Assembly: GCA_047495785.1 (NCBI GenBank)
Contig: JBLDXI010000015.1
Span: 4,526,001-4,590,000, forward strand
Origin: Lepidodermella squamata
Lineage: Eukaryota; Animalia; Gastrotricha
DNA length: 64,000 bases
Direction of reading: 5' to 3'
Shown: piece by piece, positions 50,383 through 63,300 of the stretch
Position numbering within the stretch: the first letter of the stretch is position 1
Layout of the letters: each line of letters begins with the position of its first letter
Made by a program: the position numbers and the translations under genes
The notes under the pieces: model-generated
The model's database searches: none
The model's input: the letters and a program-made list of their open reading frames with translations, nothing else
Told to the model about the DNA's origin: nothing

Positions 50383-50802
50383 CTGTCTTCCAATATCGTT
50401 CAATACGTTCTATTGCGAAAGGACTTGATTACTTTACCCAACTGGTCTTTTGGATCTGTCGTAGCTCAAGGTGAGGAACTTGACGATGAAAAGGGCTGGA
50501 ACATAATTTCTTCAATATTTATAGGTTGCCACGCCTGTGTAGCTGCTATTCATTTGTTCGGCAACTCTCCGACGACTCAGGCTTACTTGGAAAGTGAGTC
50601 ACTTGGTCGTATGAGAAAAGTTGTTCTTGAAGTAAACGACGAATCCCATTTACTGCAGTTACGAGATAAACTAGCCGCTGCTAACATCGATTTTCATCTT
50701 TGGGTCGAACAACCGGAAAACTTCCCGACTTGCATTGCTTTGCGCCCCTACGTTAAAGAGGAACTTGGTCAATTGTTGCGTGGATTGAAACTTTATAAAT
50801 AA
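50383..50802 (+). CDS. PTRHD1: PTH2-family peptidyl-tRNA hydrolase domain protein PTRHD1; no N-terminal ATG, CTG 50383 is the candidate start
   Basis: [11 protein letters not shown]...WSFGSVVAQ|GCHAC...MRKVVLEV...[24 protein letters not shown]; 54-nt intron 50471-50524. Confidence 0.88.
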   Translation: MSSNIVQYVLLRKDLITLPNWSFGSVVAQGEELDDEKGWNIISSIFIGCHACVAAIHLFGNSPTTQAYLESESLGRMRKVVLEVNDESHLLQLRDKLAAANIDFHLWVEQPENFPTCIALRPYVKEELGQLLRGLKLYK

Positions 50803-52556
50803 TGAGATACCTATCGCGCGTTTTACTATCTGGTCGGCGCTGGCTCAGTGCCCAGCCCGCATCTTCCAAGGCGAGTTCGAACAAACAAGCCAATCAGCCA
50901 GCCGATAAGAAATATAATATGCCCGAATACCGGCCGCTTTACTTGGACCACCAAGCTACTACCCCGGTCGATCCTCGCGTCTTGGATGCGATGTTGCCTT
51001 TCATGGTCGGCGAATACGGCAACCCTCACAGCCGAACTCACGCATATGGTTGGGAAACAGAGGCTGCAGTGGAGAAAGCCCGTCGTCAAGTTGCTTCGGT
51101 CATCAACGCTGATCCGCGTGAAATCGTTTTCACAAGTGGTGCCACCGAATCAAACAATGTAATTGCATTACAGTATTCATTTTACATGATATAAGTAATT
51201 GAATTCGATTGTAGCAAACAATTTTTATACAATAATCGATATACCTAAACGGTTAATTTTGTGTCTCGAAAACATGCTTATCACCGTTTTTCTGTTTTAA
51301 TTCAGATGGCCATTAAAGGCGTTGCTCGTTTCTACAAGCAAAAGCGGAATCACATCATAACAGTGCAGACCGAGCACAAGTGCGTTCTGGATTCTTGTCG
51401 AGTGCTAGAAGCCGAGGGTATAAAGGTATTGATTGGTTTTCATTTTTTCGTGCTATGAAATATCGATTGAATCTAATTTTATCCCGTCAGTAATGGAAAT
51501 GATCTCGCATCATAATTTTATCTTATATTGATATCTTTTTCATTAGTTGATATATTTTTGGATGCCTACCATGCGTCGATAATTTTATTCTCATTCCAGG
51601 TCACATACATGCCAGTGCAGAAGAATGGAGTGATAGATCTAGCTGAGCTCGAAAAAGCATTTACTCCTCAGACGGCGCTTGTTTCAGTCATGACCGTGAA
51701 TAATGAAATCGGCGTCGTTCAACCGATGGCCGAAATTGGTCGAATGTGCCGTAGCAAAGGCGCGTTTCTTCACACCGATGCCGCCCAGGCTTTCGGAAAA
51801 ATCCCGATCGACGTGAACAAGCTTAACGTTGATTTAATGTCGATCTCCGGCCACAAAATCTACGGCCCTAAAGGCGTCGGAGCGCTGTATGTTCGACGCA
51901 GGCCTCGAGTTCGGCTGGAGCCACTGCAGTCGGGCGGCGGGCAAGAGCGAGGTCTCAGATCTGGGACTGTCCCAGCTCCGATCGTTGTCGGTCTTGGCGC
52001 CGCATCAGAACTGGCAATCAAAGAAATGGCATACGATAGTGCACATATCAATCGCCTGAGCGCAATGTTATGCAAAGGCATCGAAAGCCTAGAGCATGTT
52101 ATTCGCAATGGCGATCCTGTCCACGGATATCCGGGCTGTGTTAACTATTCGTTTGCCTACATCGAAGGCGAGTCGATGCTTATGGCGCTGAAAGACATTG
52201 CCCTTTCGTCTGGCTCTGCATGCACTTCAGCCAGTCTTGAGCCCTCATATGTGTTACGCGTAAGTTAGACTATCAGTTTCGACACTAAATTTCAAAAATC
52301 TGAAGAAAAAAAATAGAAATTTTCTCAATTCAGTTTCTAAAATTGACCTATGATCTCTTAGGCTGTTGGTGCCGAAGAGGACGTGGCGCACTCCAGTATT
52401 CGGTTCGGTATCGGCCGTTTCACAACAGAGGCTGAAATTCACTACACGATTGATCGTCTGAGACGTCACGTAACTCGTTTACGCGAATTATCTCCTCTAT
52501 GGGAAATGGTTCAAGAAGGCATAGACATCAAGTCCGTTAAATGGACGCAGCATTAA
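50802..52556 (+). CDS. NFS1: Mitochondrial cysteine desulfurase
   Basis: Arg/Ser-rich targeting peptide [87 protein letters not shown]-stop. Confidence 0.97.
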
Positions 52557-52992
52557 GCCAGAATTCGGCGAAAACCCCATATATTTTGCCAGCCTGATGA
52601 TAATAACAACCTAGTTGTTCTATTTCGCTGCTTAATCGATCGATTTCGGTCGTTTGTATACGTGGATCGCCGAGTAAAAAACTATCAACGTGTAAAGCCT
52701 TCCGTGCGTGATTGAATATTTACCTGCCCCACGCGCTCAACTCTGTTGATTTTTTGCGATGCGAGTGCCTCAAGCACGCGATTCATCTAAAACCTTTCTA
52801 GATTTCGCAGTATTGATTTTGTCTTGCCCCCCCCCCCCTAAAACAACGCGCTCGTGCTCCTACACGTGATTGCAGCGCGTATTCACAAGAGTTATCATTT
52901 TGCTGAACATAACTTTTATACTCTGTAGTTTTTTTTACGTTATCAATAATTAATTCATTAAAGTGCGTCGTTGAATTCACCTGATTGCTGCA

Positions 52993-54255
52993 ATGTCTGC
53001 TGACGCGAGTCAAAACAACAATAATAGCTGCAGCGCTCGACAAACACCGCCGGGCAGTCCGGCTTTTTCGAAATCACTGGTGAATCCGAATATATATGCG
53101 GAGGTCGGTTCGGCGGTGCCTCAGTCGCCTCAGAAAACATCGTCTGTTACTGCGAACCTGCCCGATCTCGTTGGAGGATTAGCTTCTTTGGCTGATTGCT
53201 CTCCGCGCTCTACGTCATCTGACGACTCGTTGATGCCTACGCTAGCTAATTTGGTCATGATTAATCGCGATGGAGCTGATACAGCCAATCAAAAGGTAGG
53301 AGCTAAATTTACATGCATGAATGCTCTTTCATCGTAGCTTTTTCCAGAGTGGCTCAAATAACGACCAACAACAGCAGCAGCCAATTGTCAAACGCAGCAG
53401 TAAGGACAATTCTGCGATGAACAGCCGCGGCGCGTCGACTGATGAGGATATTGAAGTTACGGTCGAAGCTGAGGGCATTGACCTCACCGGCTTGCCAAGT
53501 GCCTTGATTGTTGCCAACCTTCCCGACGCTCTTTTTCGTGACCCTGCCGTCAAGGTTAGTTCTGGCTTTGGAAATTTCGAATTCCGAAAATTTAGTCTTC
53601 TCAAATTTTCTATAAAATTTCCATTTTAACGTGAATCAAAATGAAGGATCAATATTTTTAGGCTCAATTTGAATCGATGTACAAAGCTGTTGATCCTGAT
53701 GTGAAATTCGGCTACTTCAAGTGCTTTCGCCGCGCCCGCCTGGCTTTCAGTTCGCCGTTGATTGCTACTCGTGTTCGTTTGCTCAGCCACGGCTCCAATT
53801 TTATGGGCAACGCCATCAAGGTGTACTACCACGAGAGTTACAGCTCGTCGTCGCCACGCCAACTCGAATTACCCGAACTCGAGAAGCAATTTCTCATCTC
53901 ACCCCCTGCTTCACCGCCCGTGGGCTGGGAGCAAAACCGCGAGGCTTCGCCGATTAATGGCGGGGTTAGCGCCGGAATTCTAACGCCCAGCGTGATGCCT
54001 CACGGGCCGGGTCCGATCACCGAGGAAGTAGCCGATGCCGTGCAGAGAAAACTCGTCATGCGCCAGTCACCCGCGGCCAATATTACAGGCCTCGAGCTGA
54101 TGGCTGCTCTTGCCAAACTCGTCCCTGGCGAGCAGACCGAAATTCTATCGCCTGGCCCTGGCAAACCGGGTATCGTCATCCAAACTTGCGAGGACGCTCC
54201 ATCTTTCGGCCTGAAGAAAATTCAGCAGACTCGATGCCCTGAACGAAAACACTGA
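52993..54255 (+). CDS. RCAN: Regulator of calcineurin (calcipressin)
   Basis: SALIVANLP, YFKCFRRARL, KQFLISPPASPPVGWEQ, PxIxIT-like PGIVIQT, QTRCPE. Confidence 0.93.
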
Positions 54256-55277
54256 TTGAAATTAAAGCCTGACTTTTCGAATGTTGCTATTTGAGTTATT
54301 TGTCGTGTTGCCCCGTGTCTTTCCTTTACGTAGCACAACATATGCTTTACCGAAGTTGAAATTGTTGTAGACTAGTCGTTGATATTACTCGTTGATTATT
54401 TTCTTATATCGGAAATCTGAACTTGACTGATGTTGTAACGTCATTTTCTTTCTCAAGGATTTCTCACGGTACTAATCGTAGCATCTTCTATTCTCAATTA
54501 AAGTCGACGTTGTTATCTCTCATCACATCCGCCGTGACTGCATATTTTTCTATTTCTGTTGACAAACATGACGAGTCTTTATTTCATTACATTTGATTGT
54601 GTCCCAGTTTTTTGACAATGTCTGGGGTATAACTTATTTTTGAAACTGTAAATACTGTACATAACCTGAGATAGCATTTTTGAAAAATAATAAATTGTCA
54701 TGCAGTATTGATTTGTTTTTTTCGCTGCTGAAAATTGGATCAGAGCCATTTTAGCATTTTTCGACGGGGATATAATATCGTATTTCGTCGAATCATGATG
54801 AATCATTGTAATTAAGGTACTCAAGATATTATCTGTGGATTATAAACGCTATAACCACAAGCTACTTCTCGATAGAATCGTTGCATAGATACTGCGCTAT
54901 CTGCAAAAAAGCCTGTGCGATCAATGAATGCATTACGCATCAATGAATTTACACGCGCCCTCGTGCCTACTCCTCGTGCGCATTTGTATCAAATAGTCAA
55001 ATTACATCGAGGGGTGAAAATCTACGCCCGTTTTACCGGCATATGAGTTGTGTTCAATGGGAGATCTCAAGCACAGGTTCAATAATTCATAGCATCACTC
55101 TCATGCAGTATAGCTGGCACGTATAAGTATCTAAGAATTTTATAGCAGGTCAAGTTTACACGCCGCCCAAAACTATTGTATACATAACATTGTGGTTTTG
55201 CTATTTAAAATTACTTCATATTTTTTGCCGGTTTTTTAGATATTTTATTTCTCAGATATTTATTGGAGCTACACACG

Positions 55278-56842
55278 ATGGGTGGCGAGACCGTGGGTTC
55301 AGGTGGACCAAAAATGCGTAGCATCATGCCGCCATGGTGGAAATGGATCGTACTTTGCGCGACAGTCTACATGAGTCTTGTCTGCAATGGCTACGCTTAT
55401 TGCTTCGGCTTACTAAAAATTCAACTTCAGGAGGAATATCCTAACGTATCACCCTGGTCTGTCGCAATTATTGGCGGCCTTGTACCAGCGATTTATTTGT
55501 TTTTGGCGCCATTCGGCATAGCAATCAACGAATTTTTCGGCGCTAGAATAACAACGATAGTCGGCTCCATCATGTCTGCGACTTGTTTCTTTTTAAGCTG
55601 GCTGAACGGCGGCGTGCTATTTAGAGCTGGTTTTGTAGTCGACCTGTTATGCCTCGGCGTTGGTCAAGGTCTGGCGTTTTCACTGCTATACGGGCCATGC
55701 GTAGCAGTACTACCTGGCTATTTCGGGTCAGACCAGTTATCATTAGCGACCGGGATAACGAACGCGGGCGCTTCTGCTGGTGTGATCATCTACGGATTCA
55801 TCTCCTACCCCCTGTTTGGCCACTTCGGTTGGCGGGGTACGATGCTGTTCTATTCTTTGTTGTCTCTTCACGGGGTTTTGGCCGGCTTGGCTTTTACCAA
55901 ATTGGTCCCAGTTAAAGAGCCGAAACCAGTCAAAAAGCAGGATGAACTCGAGCTGACTCCTACTGATTTGACCACGGAAGCTTTACTGGCCGATGAGAGC
56001 ACGACCGCCCCGAGTGTGGCTGTGATTCAGCCTCCTAAACGAACTTTCCTAACGGTTTTACGGAAATATTTCGACCCGAAACTGATTTGCCAAGGGCCAT
56101 TTCTCTGCCTGCTTGGATCTGCTGGTTTTTCGATTATAGGCTACTTCGTGCCAACTTTGCTGCTGCCAGGTCAAACTAAGCGGCCCGAGTTCAATGTGCA
56201 CCCGATAATTCAGAAAAACATCATGGTTGTGTTTGGTGTTTGCAACTTGATATCTCGCGTGCTCGTCGGGCGAATCGGCGATTACGGCCACAAATCGTTC
56301 TTCTGCACTTCGTTTTTCATGTTCGTTGGCGGCTTGATCGTCTCAGCCACCGCGTGCCTCGTCTTTCCTCACATTATGCAGTTCGGCAATGTTGCCTTCC
56401 TGGCTTTTGTTATCACATACGCATTTGCAGCTGGTAATTTTCAAAAAATATTTTTTTTTAAATTTGGAAATTTAATTTATTCATTTGTTCAGCTCCTGTG
56501 ATAGCCATGAGGTCATTGCTGGCTATTGACCTCTTCGGAAAATCGAACGCTAGTGCCTCGTTTGGCTGGTTTTTATGCGCACAAGGCTCTTTGCAAATGA
56601 TTGGATACGTTTTGCCATGTAAGAACCAGTTTGATCCACCTTGAATTGTTCAAATTTTTTTTTCATTTTTATCAGCTTGGTTTGATACTATTGGACCTTT
56701 ATTCGCGTATCTCTTCACTGCGTGCATGTTTCTTGGAGCTGCTGGAAGTTGTTCATTAACAATACGGCTATTCCTTTCCGAGCGGCGGAAGAAAATTGCG
56801 GCGATGAAAGCTGAAAAAGCTGCGAAAACTGAAACGAGTTGA
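55278..56842 (+). CDS. SLC16/monocarboxylate transporter-like MFS protein, copy 1
   Basis: PPWWKWIVL, FGARITTI, GVGQGLA...YF...LATGI, FGWRGTML, SRVLVGRIGD, DLFGKSNASASFGW; two 3' introns. Confidence 0.85.
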
Positions 56843-58600
56843 ATGAGATTTTGCCCTTGAATAAATTTGTAGATTTTCTTATAACGTTGAGTGTTGCATC
56901 CGATTTGACTGCCTCGGATATATCTCAGAACAAATTGAATTCTTGCTGAATACTGCCGACCAAATACTTTCTTGCTTTTGTTTAGAACCTTTGAGTGATT
57001 ATAGCTGGTCTAGAGTTTAGTTGAACCTAGTTCATCCGGTATTTTTTGTGCTAAAATATGGTTGTTGAAGACCTTTAAATTCAGAGTGACACCAACTTCC
57101 TCCTCATTCACATTCTAGGTTGTTTATTGCAAATTATGATAGTTTTTATTTGAGCGAATGCATAATTGCGATTAGAGTTTGTTTGTTTATTTTTACTTTT
57201 TTGGGTTTTGCCTGTTGCGGAGAATATTGAATTACTATTTTTTCTGTTCGCCTTTATATCTATTATATTCAGCAGAACAATCAATGATGTTGAATGCTGA
57301 TGATTGTTGTCAGACACTCATCTAAAACTTGCGAAAATGATTAACAATAATAAAAATTGGAAAAAGATGATGCTTTGTAATGTATTCGGGCTTTTACTGC
57401 ATCCGTATTCGGCTCAGCGGAATCTAATTTGCCGCCGATGAATAAAGCAGAAAATACGCTCAATATAACGGAGACTGCCCAGCAGCTAATGTTGCGTTTG
57501 CAAATATCATTACTCGAGCACTGAACGACAAAAATATGCACGAAGACAAGACGGAGGCGATGGCGCCGCGAAAACTATAATATTTTGGTCGAGCCACAAG
57601 GAGATGCGCACAATTTGTTCTCATCCCAAAAAACTAACATTCATTCTTATCCTCGACATTTTCCGAGTCAATCGTCCATTCATTATTGCAGCGAAACTTC
57701 TCATATCGCTCATTAATTTTTAGACACCTGGCATGACGTCGTAAAATATTGAGCCGAGAATATCGAGCCGGGGGCTAAGGAAAACTACCAGCATTCGTAA
57801 CATCGCAATGTAGTATAGACATAAAAAATCGTCTACGGTAAACACTGCAATAAAATGCGTCGCGCGTGCGCCACTTCATACGAGTATGACACTACGAGAA
57901 AAACGCCTATAAATTTTTGCATTCGCGCTTCCGCATCACGTTTTCGCTGACTACTGACCGGTGAATACATCTAATTAACAGAAATCTCGGCATCAATGTA
58001 ATATTTTGTAAGCCAATCCCATGCCTAGCACTTCCGATTATGTATATATTTCATCAGCTGCCAATGTTAACTCTGAATGGCGCACGCGCTTGCTTTGCAA
58101 GAAAAAACAAGCTATAGCGGTTAGGAAGTCAGTGCTAAAGATAATACGTCAGAACAAGACCCTTTTCACTATTGATAGCCTAATAATGCTATTGGAACGA
58201 GGCCGCCTATGTTTTTTTTATCTTAACCCAGTATGGCACGGCCCTCTATTAACGACCATACAGGAGACCGCGATAGCTGCTCTTCTAAAAAAAAGCCACC
58301 ATTTTTCTCATTCTTCTCCTATTAACTCCCGTGTCAATGATTTTGCATTGACATATCAAAATTTCTCTGTTTAATATTCATCGCTTTGCTCAGTTGAATC
58401 CTCCTCCGACCACCGAAAACTGAGCTCTGATGGTGATGGTTGAACTATTTTTAATTTTTCGCTTATGCCAAGTTTTAGCTTCGTGAATGCATTCTCTGCT
58501 ATCTGCTAACTAACCAGATATTAGCTTAAATGCTTTAGCCTGCAAAAGTCACAATATTATTCCTGGCATTTTAGGTGCTGTGTTTTAGTGTTTTAAAAGT

Positions 58601-60097
58601 ATGCCCGCGCAAACTGGCTTGCCGCCTTGGTGGCGGTGGGTGGTTCTAGCTGCAACTTTTTACATGAACGCCATCGTCAACGGTTACGCGTATTGCTTTG
58701 GTCTCTTGAAGATTCCGCTCGAGCAAGAATATCCAGAGGTTAGCCAGGCCCTACTAGCGTCGATAGGCGGCGCAATCAGTTCGATTTACATGTTTTTGGC
58801 ACCTCTGGCCATCGCTGTTCAAGAGCATTACGGCGCGCGGCTAACAACAATTGCGGCGTCATGTTTCTCTGCATTTTGTTTCATTATTTGCTGGTTAAAT
58901 GGAGCTTACTTCAAGGGCGGTTTCATCGTCGACTTATTGACCCTGGGCGTCGGACAAGGAATCGCCTTAGGTTTCCTATATGGGCCTAGCGTCGCCTTAC
59001 TGCCGAATTATTTCCCTCTCGATCAAATAGCTTTTGCTGCGGGTGCTACTAATGCTGGAACCTCTTTCGGAATCATTGTTTACGGTTTCATAACAAACCC
59101 TTTATTTTCTATCTATGGTTGGCGGGGCACTATGTTGTTCTACGCTGCTTTCGCCCTACAAGGTGTTGTAGCCGGTCTTGCTTTCATGACGATGAAATTG
59201 CCTGAGCCACCGAAACTCCCCGAGAAACTCGAAATGGCTGAGAAAACCGATGATGAAGAAGCTGCTAAAACCTTGATTCAACCTGTTAAGGAGGAACCCC
59301 CAAAAATGACGTTTTTACAACGTTTGCGGCGATTTTTCGACATCAAGCTTTTCATGCAATGGCCCTTTATAATGATGTTGTCTGCTGCTGCTTTTTCAAT
59401 CATCGGCTACTTCGTGCCTACTTTGCTAGTGCCCGGTCAGGCTAAGAAACCCGAGTATGAGGTGAATCCGTTCGTTGCCCGGTATATCATGGTCATTTTC
59501 GGCGTGTTAAACTTGACGGGTCGCATTATTATGGGCAAGCTGGGCGATCTCGGGTTCAAATACGCGATTTTTACGTCGTACTCATTGTACATCGGTTCGC
59601 TAGTCATTTCAGCTGCCACTTTGCTCATTTTCCCACACCTCATGTTCCTCGGCACTGTCGCTTTCATCGCTTTCGTTGTGATTTACGGCTTCGCCGCAGG
59701 TATGGCTTATTTTTAAAAAAATGTCCCTTGAAATTTTCAAGTTTCAAATTTACTAGCCCCGATTATAACAATGCGCTCAGTTTTAACGATAAATCTCTTC
59801 GGCAAGGCAAATGCCAGTGCTGCATACGGCTGGTTCATCGGTGCTCAAGGCTCACTTCAAATGATCGGCTTTATTTTCCCCGGTAAATTACCAAAAAGCG
59901 AGTTTTTTCAGCAATAACTTTGCTCTCTTATTTTAGCATGGTTGAATGCAAACATGGGGCCGTTGTATGCCTATGCTTTCGCCGCTAGTGCCTTTCTGAT
60001 CGCTGCGGTTTCGTGCGCAGTTACTTACAAGCCGTTCTTCGAAACTCGGAGAAAACAAATCGAAGAAGTCGCGCGAAGCAACGAAGCCAAATCATGA
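58601..60097 (+). CDS. SLC16/monocarboxylate transporter-like MFS protein, copy 2
   Basis: Collinear paralog of copy 1 (PPWWRWVVL, YGWRGTML, GRIIMGKLGD); same two introns. Confidence 0.85.
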
Positions 60098-61201
60098 AAT
60101 TACGTGTCAAATAGGCGATATTTTTATCTGTCACTTCAAGTCTCGAATTTGTGTACTTGTATTCATGTGCATATATTCAATGGTTCCCGTTTTCAAAATT
60201 TTACGAGAGAAAGAAGAGAAAATCAATAAAATCTTGCAGTCACTCGCTCTTGTGCCTCTCACATAAGCCGGGCGTAAAAAAATGACCTAGGATAGACGAA
60301 AATAACGTTATTTTATTCTTGTCCAGCACTGGGTTCAGAAAAGGAACTAACTACGGACAGCGCACTACATCAGCCTATAGTTTTCAATACGGCTATAGCG
60401 CTATGAAATGAATTACTACTAGCACCACAATACTGAATATACTATACGTGCTCGCAGTGGCCATTACCTTATATATTACGCGTATTATAAATTAGCTTGC
60501 GCGTCAAAAAAGCCAGTATTCATCCACGACGGGTAGCCAATGTAGTAGAGCGTAGAGCACAGCTTACATACCTAGCCGGCATTTTTCAATGAGATTCTCG
60601 AGTTGGTAATCCAGGAATATAAATGTGTAAAAAAAATAACTGATTCGCTTTCAGCTGCAGGCGATCACTAGGAAATTACGTCCTTTATACAACCCCGGAG
60701 AATCAGATAAATATGATCACTCTCAATCTTTCCCGTTGGTCATGATAGGAATAGCCTTTTATTTTTATAGCGATAACAAATAATTGTTTCTTGCTACTGA
60801 TATAACATTGTCTTCGTCCTTCATTGACCACATTGTTTACACATTTCCCCGAACTCCTTTCGGGATTCATGGGCTAGGCGATCTGCTGCCACCTTTAGCT
60901 TTATTTTGTGTGGAAAACTTGACCAATTTTCATCTCAGTTATTTGTACAGTTTTCTCATGTGCTATGTTTAAACACTTTTCAGGTTTTTGGCCCCTCAGT
61001 TATCATTAACGCGCATGCTAATTATTGTTGTTTAAAAGCGTGCAATATCATGACCGGTGTTTGGTGCGGTATACTCATCAGTAGCATAAAACAAAAGCAT
61101 GCAAAATTTTTTGTAGAGTTTACTGCTTCAACGAGCAAGATTTGTCTGCCCTCTGATTAATATGTTGTCCATTTCTCCAGAAATTTAGACATTATTTAGC
61201 G

Positions 61202-62790
61202 ATGGCACATGAGCATCATCACCACCATCACCACCATCACCAACCGGTGCAGATGCGAAGCATCATGCCGCCTTGGTGGCGATGGGTGGTTTTAGTTGCA
61301 TGTCTTTACATGAATCTCGTCGTAAATGGTAAGGTATCCCTGTTATTTCCTTGAAATCGAATCAGCATACAATTCTAGGTTATACCTACTGCTTCGGCCT
61401 GGTGAAAATACCTCTGATGACCGAGTATCCTGAAGTTTCGGCAGCAACTTTGGCCATTGTGGGGGGCATTGTTCCAACGATTTACATGTTCATAGCGCCA
61501 GTCGCCATTGCTATCACTGAATTCGTCGGTCCGAGACTTACCACGATATGCGCATCATCTCTCAGTGCCCTGTGTTTCGTTTTAACTTGGGCGAATGGTG
61601 CTTTCCTACATTGGGGATTTTATTTCGACCTCATGTGCCTTGGCATCGGCCAAGGTTTAGCTTTTGGTGGTCTTTACGGACCAAGTGTCGCAGTGCTGCC
61701 AACTTATTTTTCTCTAGATCAATTAGCTTTCGCCGCAGGGCTTGCCAATGCTGGTTCTTCTATCGGTGTCATTATCTACGGTTTTATTTCTAATCCTTTA
61801 TTTGAGATTTTCGGCTGGCGAGGAACAATGTTATTTTATGCTGGGATCTCTCTTCAAGGCGTCCTCGCTGGTTTGGCTTTCATGAAAATGGTCCCTGTGA
61901 AACAGCAGCCTTGCCCGTCTAGCCTACAACTTGCCGAACTAGGCAAAGACGAACCAGATTATACGGAAACTTTAGTTGAAGATGCCCAGAAACAAGAGCC
62001 GGAGGTTCCGAAGAAGGAATTTCTGCCGATACTGAAACGATATTTCGATTTAAACATGTTCAAACAATGGCCATTTGTTTGCGTAATTGCATCGGCTGGA
62101 CTTGCCATCGTCGGTAAGAATAAGATAACCCGGCAACTTAGCTAATTAATGCTATTCCAATATATTCTAGGGTACTTTGTTCCGACTCTTCTCCTACCTG
62201 GTCACGCGAAAGATCCTAAGAATGGAGTTCACAAATTTGTCGCGCCATATATAATGAGCATTTTCGGCATAATGAATCTCATAGGGCGAATAGTCTTGGG
62301 CAAAGTCGGAGATCTGGGCAACCGCTACGCCATATTTACGCCATACAGCTTGTACAACGCATCACTGATACTAGGAGCGATATGTTTTCTTGTTCTGCCG
62401 CATGTTATGTTTCTCGGAACGATTTCTTTCGTCACTTTCGCTGTACTTTACGGCTTCTCATGTGCACCGATTATCATCATGCGATCACTTCTAACAACGA
62501 CTTTATTTGGGAAAAAGAACGCAAGCGCTTCGTATGGCTGGTTTTTGTGTGCACAAGGCGGCTTGCAGATGTTCGGCTACGTCTTACCAGGTGGGTGGAT
62601 TTATTAGAGTTTTGTTTGAATTTATTAAAACTTCTCTACAGCCTTGCTGGAAGAAAAGCTTGGGTCGTCTTGGGCTTACTCTTTTGCTGCTCTCATGTTC
62701 CTGCTCTCATCACTTGCCTGTAGCTCTACTTTCAAACCATATTTCGAAGCAAGGAGAAAGCAACTGGAGGAAATGAAAACGAAAAGCTAG
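61202..62790 (+). CDS. SLC16/monocarboxylate transporter-like MFS protein, copy 3, with N-terminal His9
   Basis: MAHE-H9-QPVQMRSIMPPWWRWVVL; introns 61330-61378, 62114-62170, 62591-62641; stop TAG 62788-62790. Confidence 0.85.
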
Positions 62791-63195
62791 CAATTAACTT
62801 AGCATAGGCATCGCTATGTGATGAAATTTTAACCAAAATGCGAGGTTTCGCCTGTTCACGTTTTTACTACATAATTTGTTGTCTCGTGTTCGTCATCCTT
62901 CTGCTTAATATTTTACTAAACAAAAGTACTTCGTAAAAGCTAATGAAGAAGCTGAATGCTAAACATTAGAGTTTTGGAGGAATGTGATGCAAGAAGCATC
63001 TGGTTTGAAAAGGCTCCAAAAGCATCCATTGCCTATTTCGATTTCGATAAGGGGGAATGATGGTTCACTCTGAAAAATTACAGGACTTTTCCAACATAAT
63101 AACACGCTTTTTCGGTAAAGAGGCAATCTCTGTGCTGCGTACCGCTGCTCAGGCAACAAAACTTTCCCATGGCATATCGCTGATAGCAAGGCTCG

Positions 63196-63300
63196 TCAAA
63201 AATCATCGCATTTTTTGGTAGATTGGTTGAATCACTATGGAATGACTGAAAAATGTCCAAGGTCCAAGTTGAACGGTTTGTCGCATATTTTCGGTGGCAA
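63196..63300 (-). pseudogene. Possible decayed Kunitz-domain fragment
   Basis: LPPKICDKPFNLDLGHFSVIP**FNQSTKKCDDF* resembles the Kunitz pattern ICxxP...IPxWxFNxxTxxCExF, with in-frame stops. Confidence 0.3.

Noticed and set aside
50325-50470. GTF3C3-PTRHD1 fusion by cis-splicing from GT 50325/50328 to AG 50369
   Set aside because: The join is out of frame with PTRHD1, and GTF3C3 already ends at a family-typical C-terminus.
37796-54980. Recurrent CTCGTG(C) motif upstream of CIC, RCAN and MCT-1
   Set aside because: Short motif with few instances; cannot be separated from chance without statistics.
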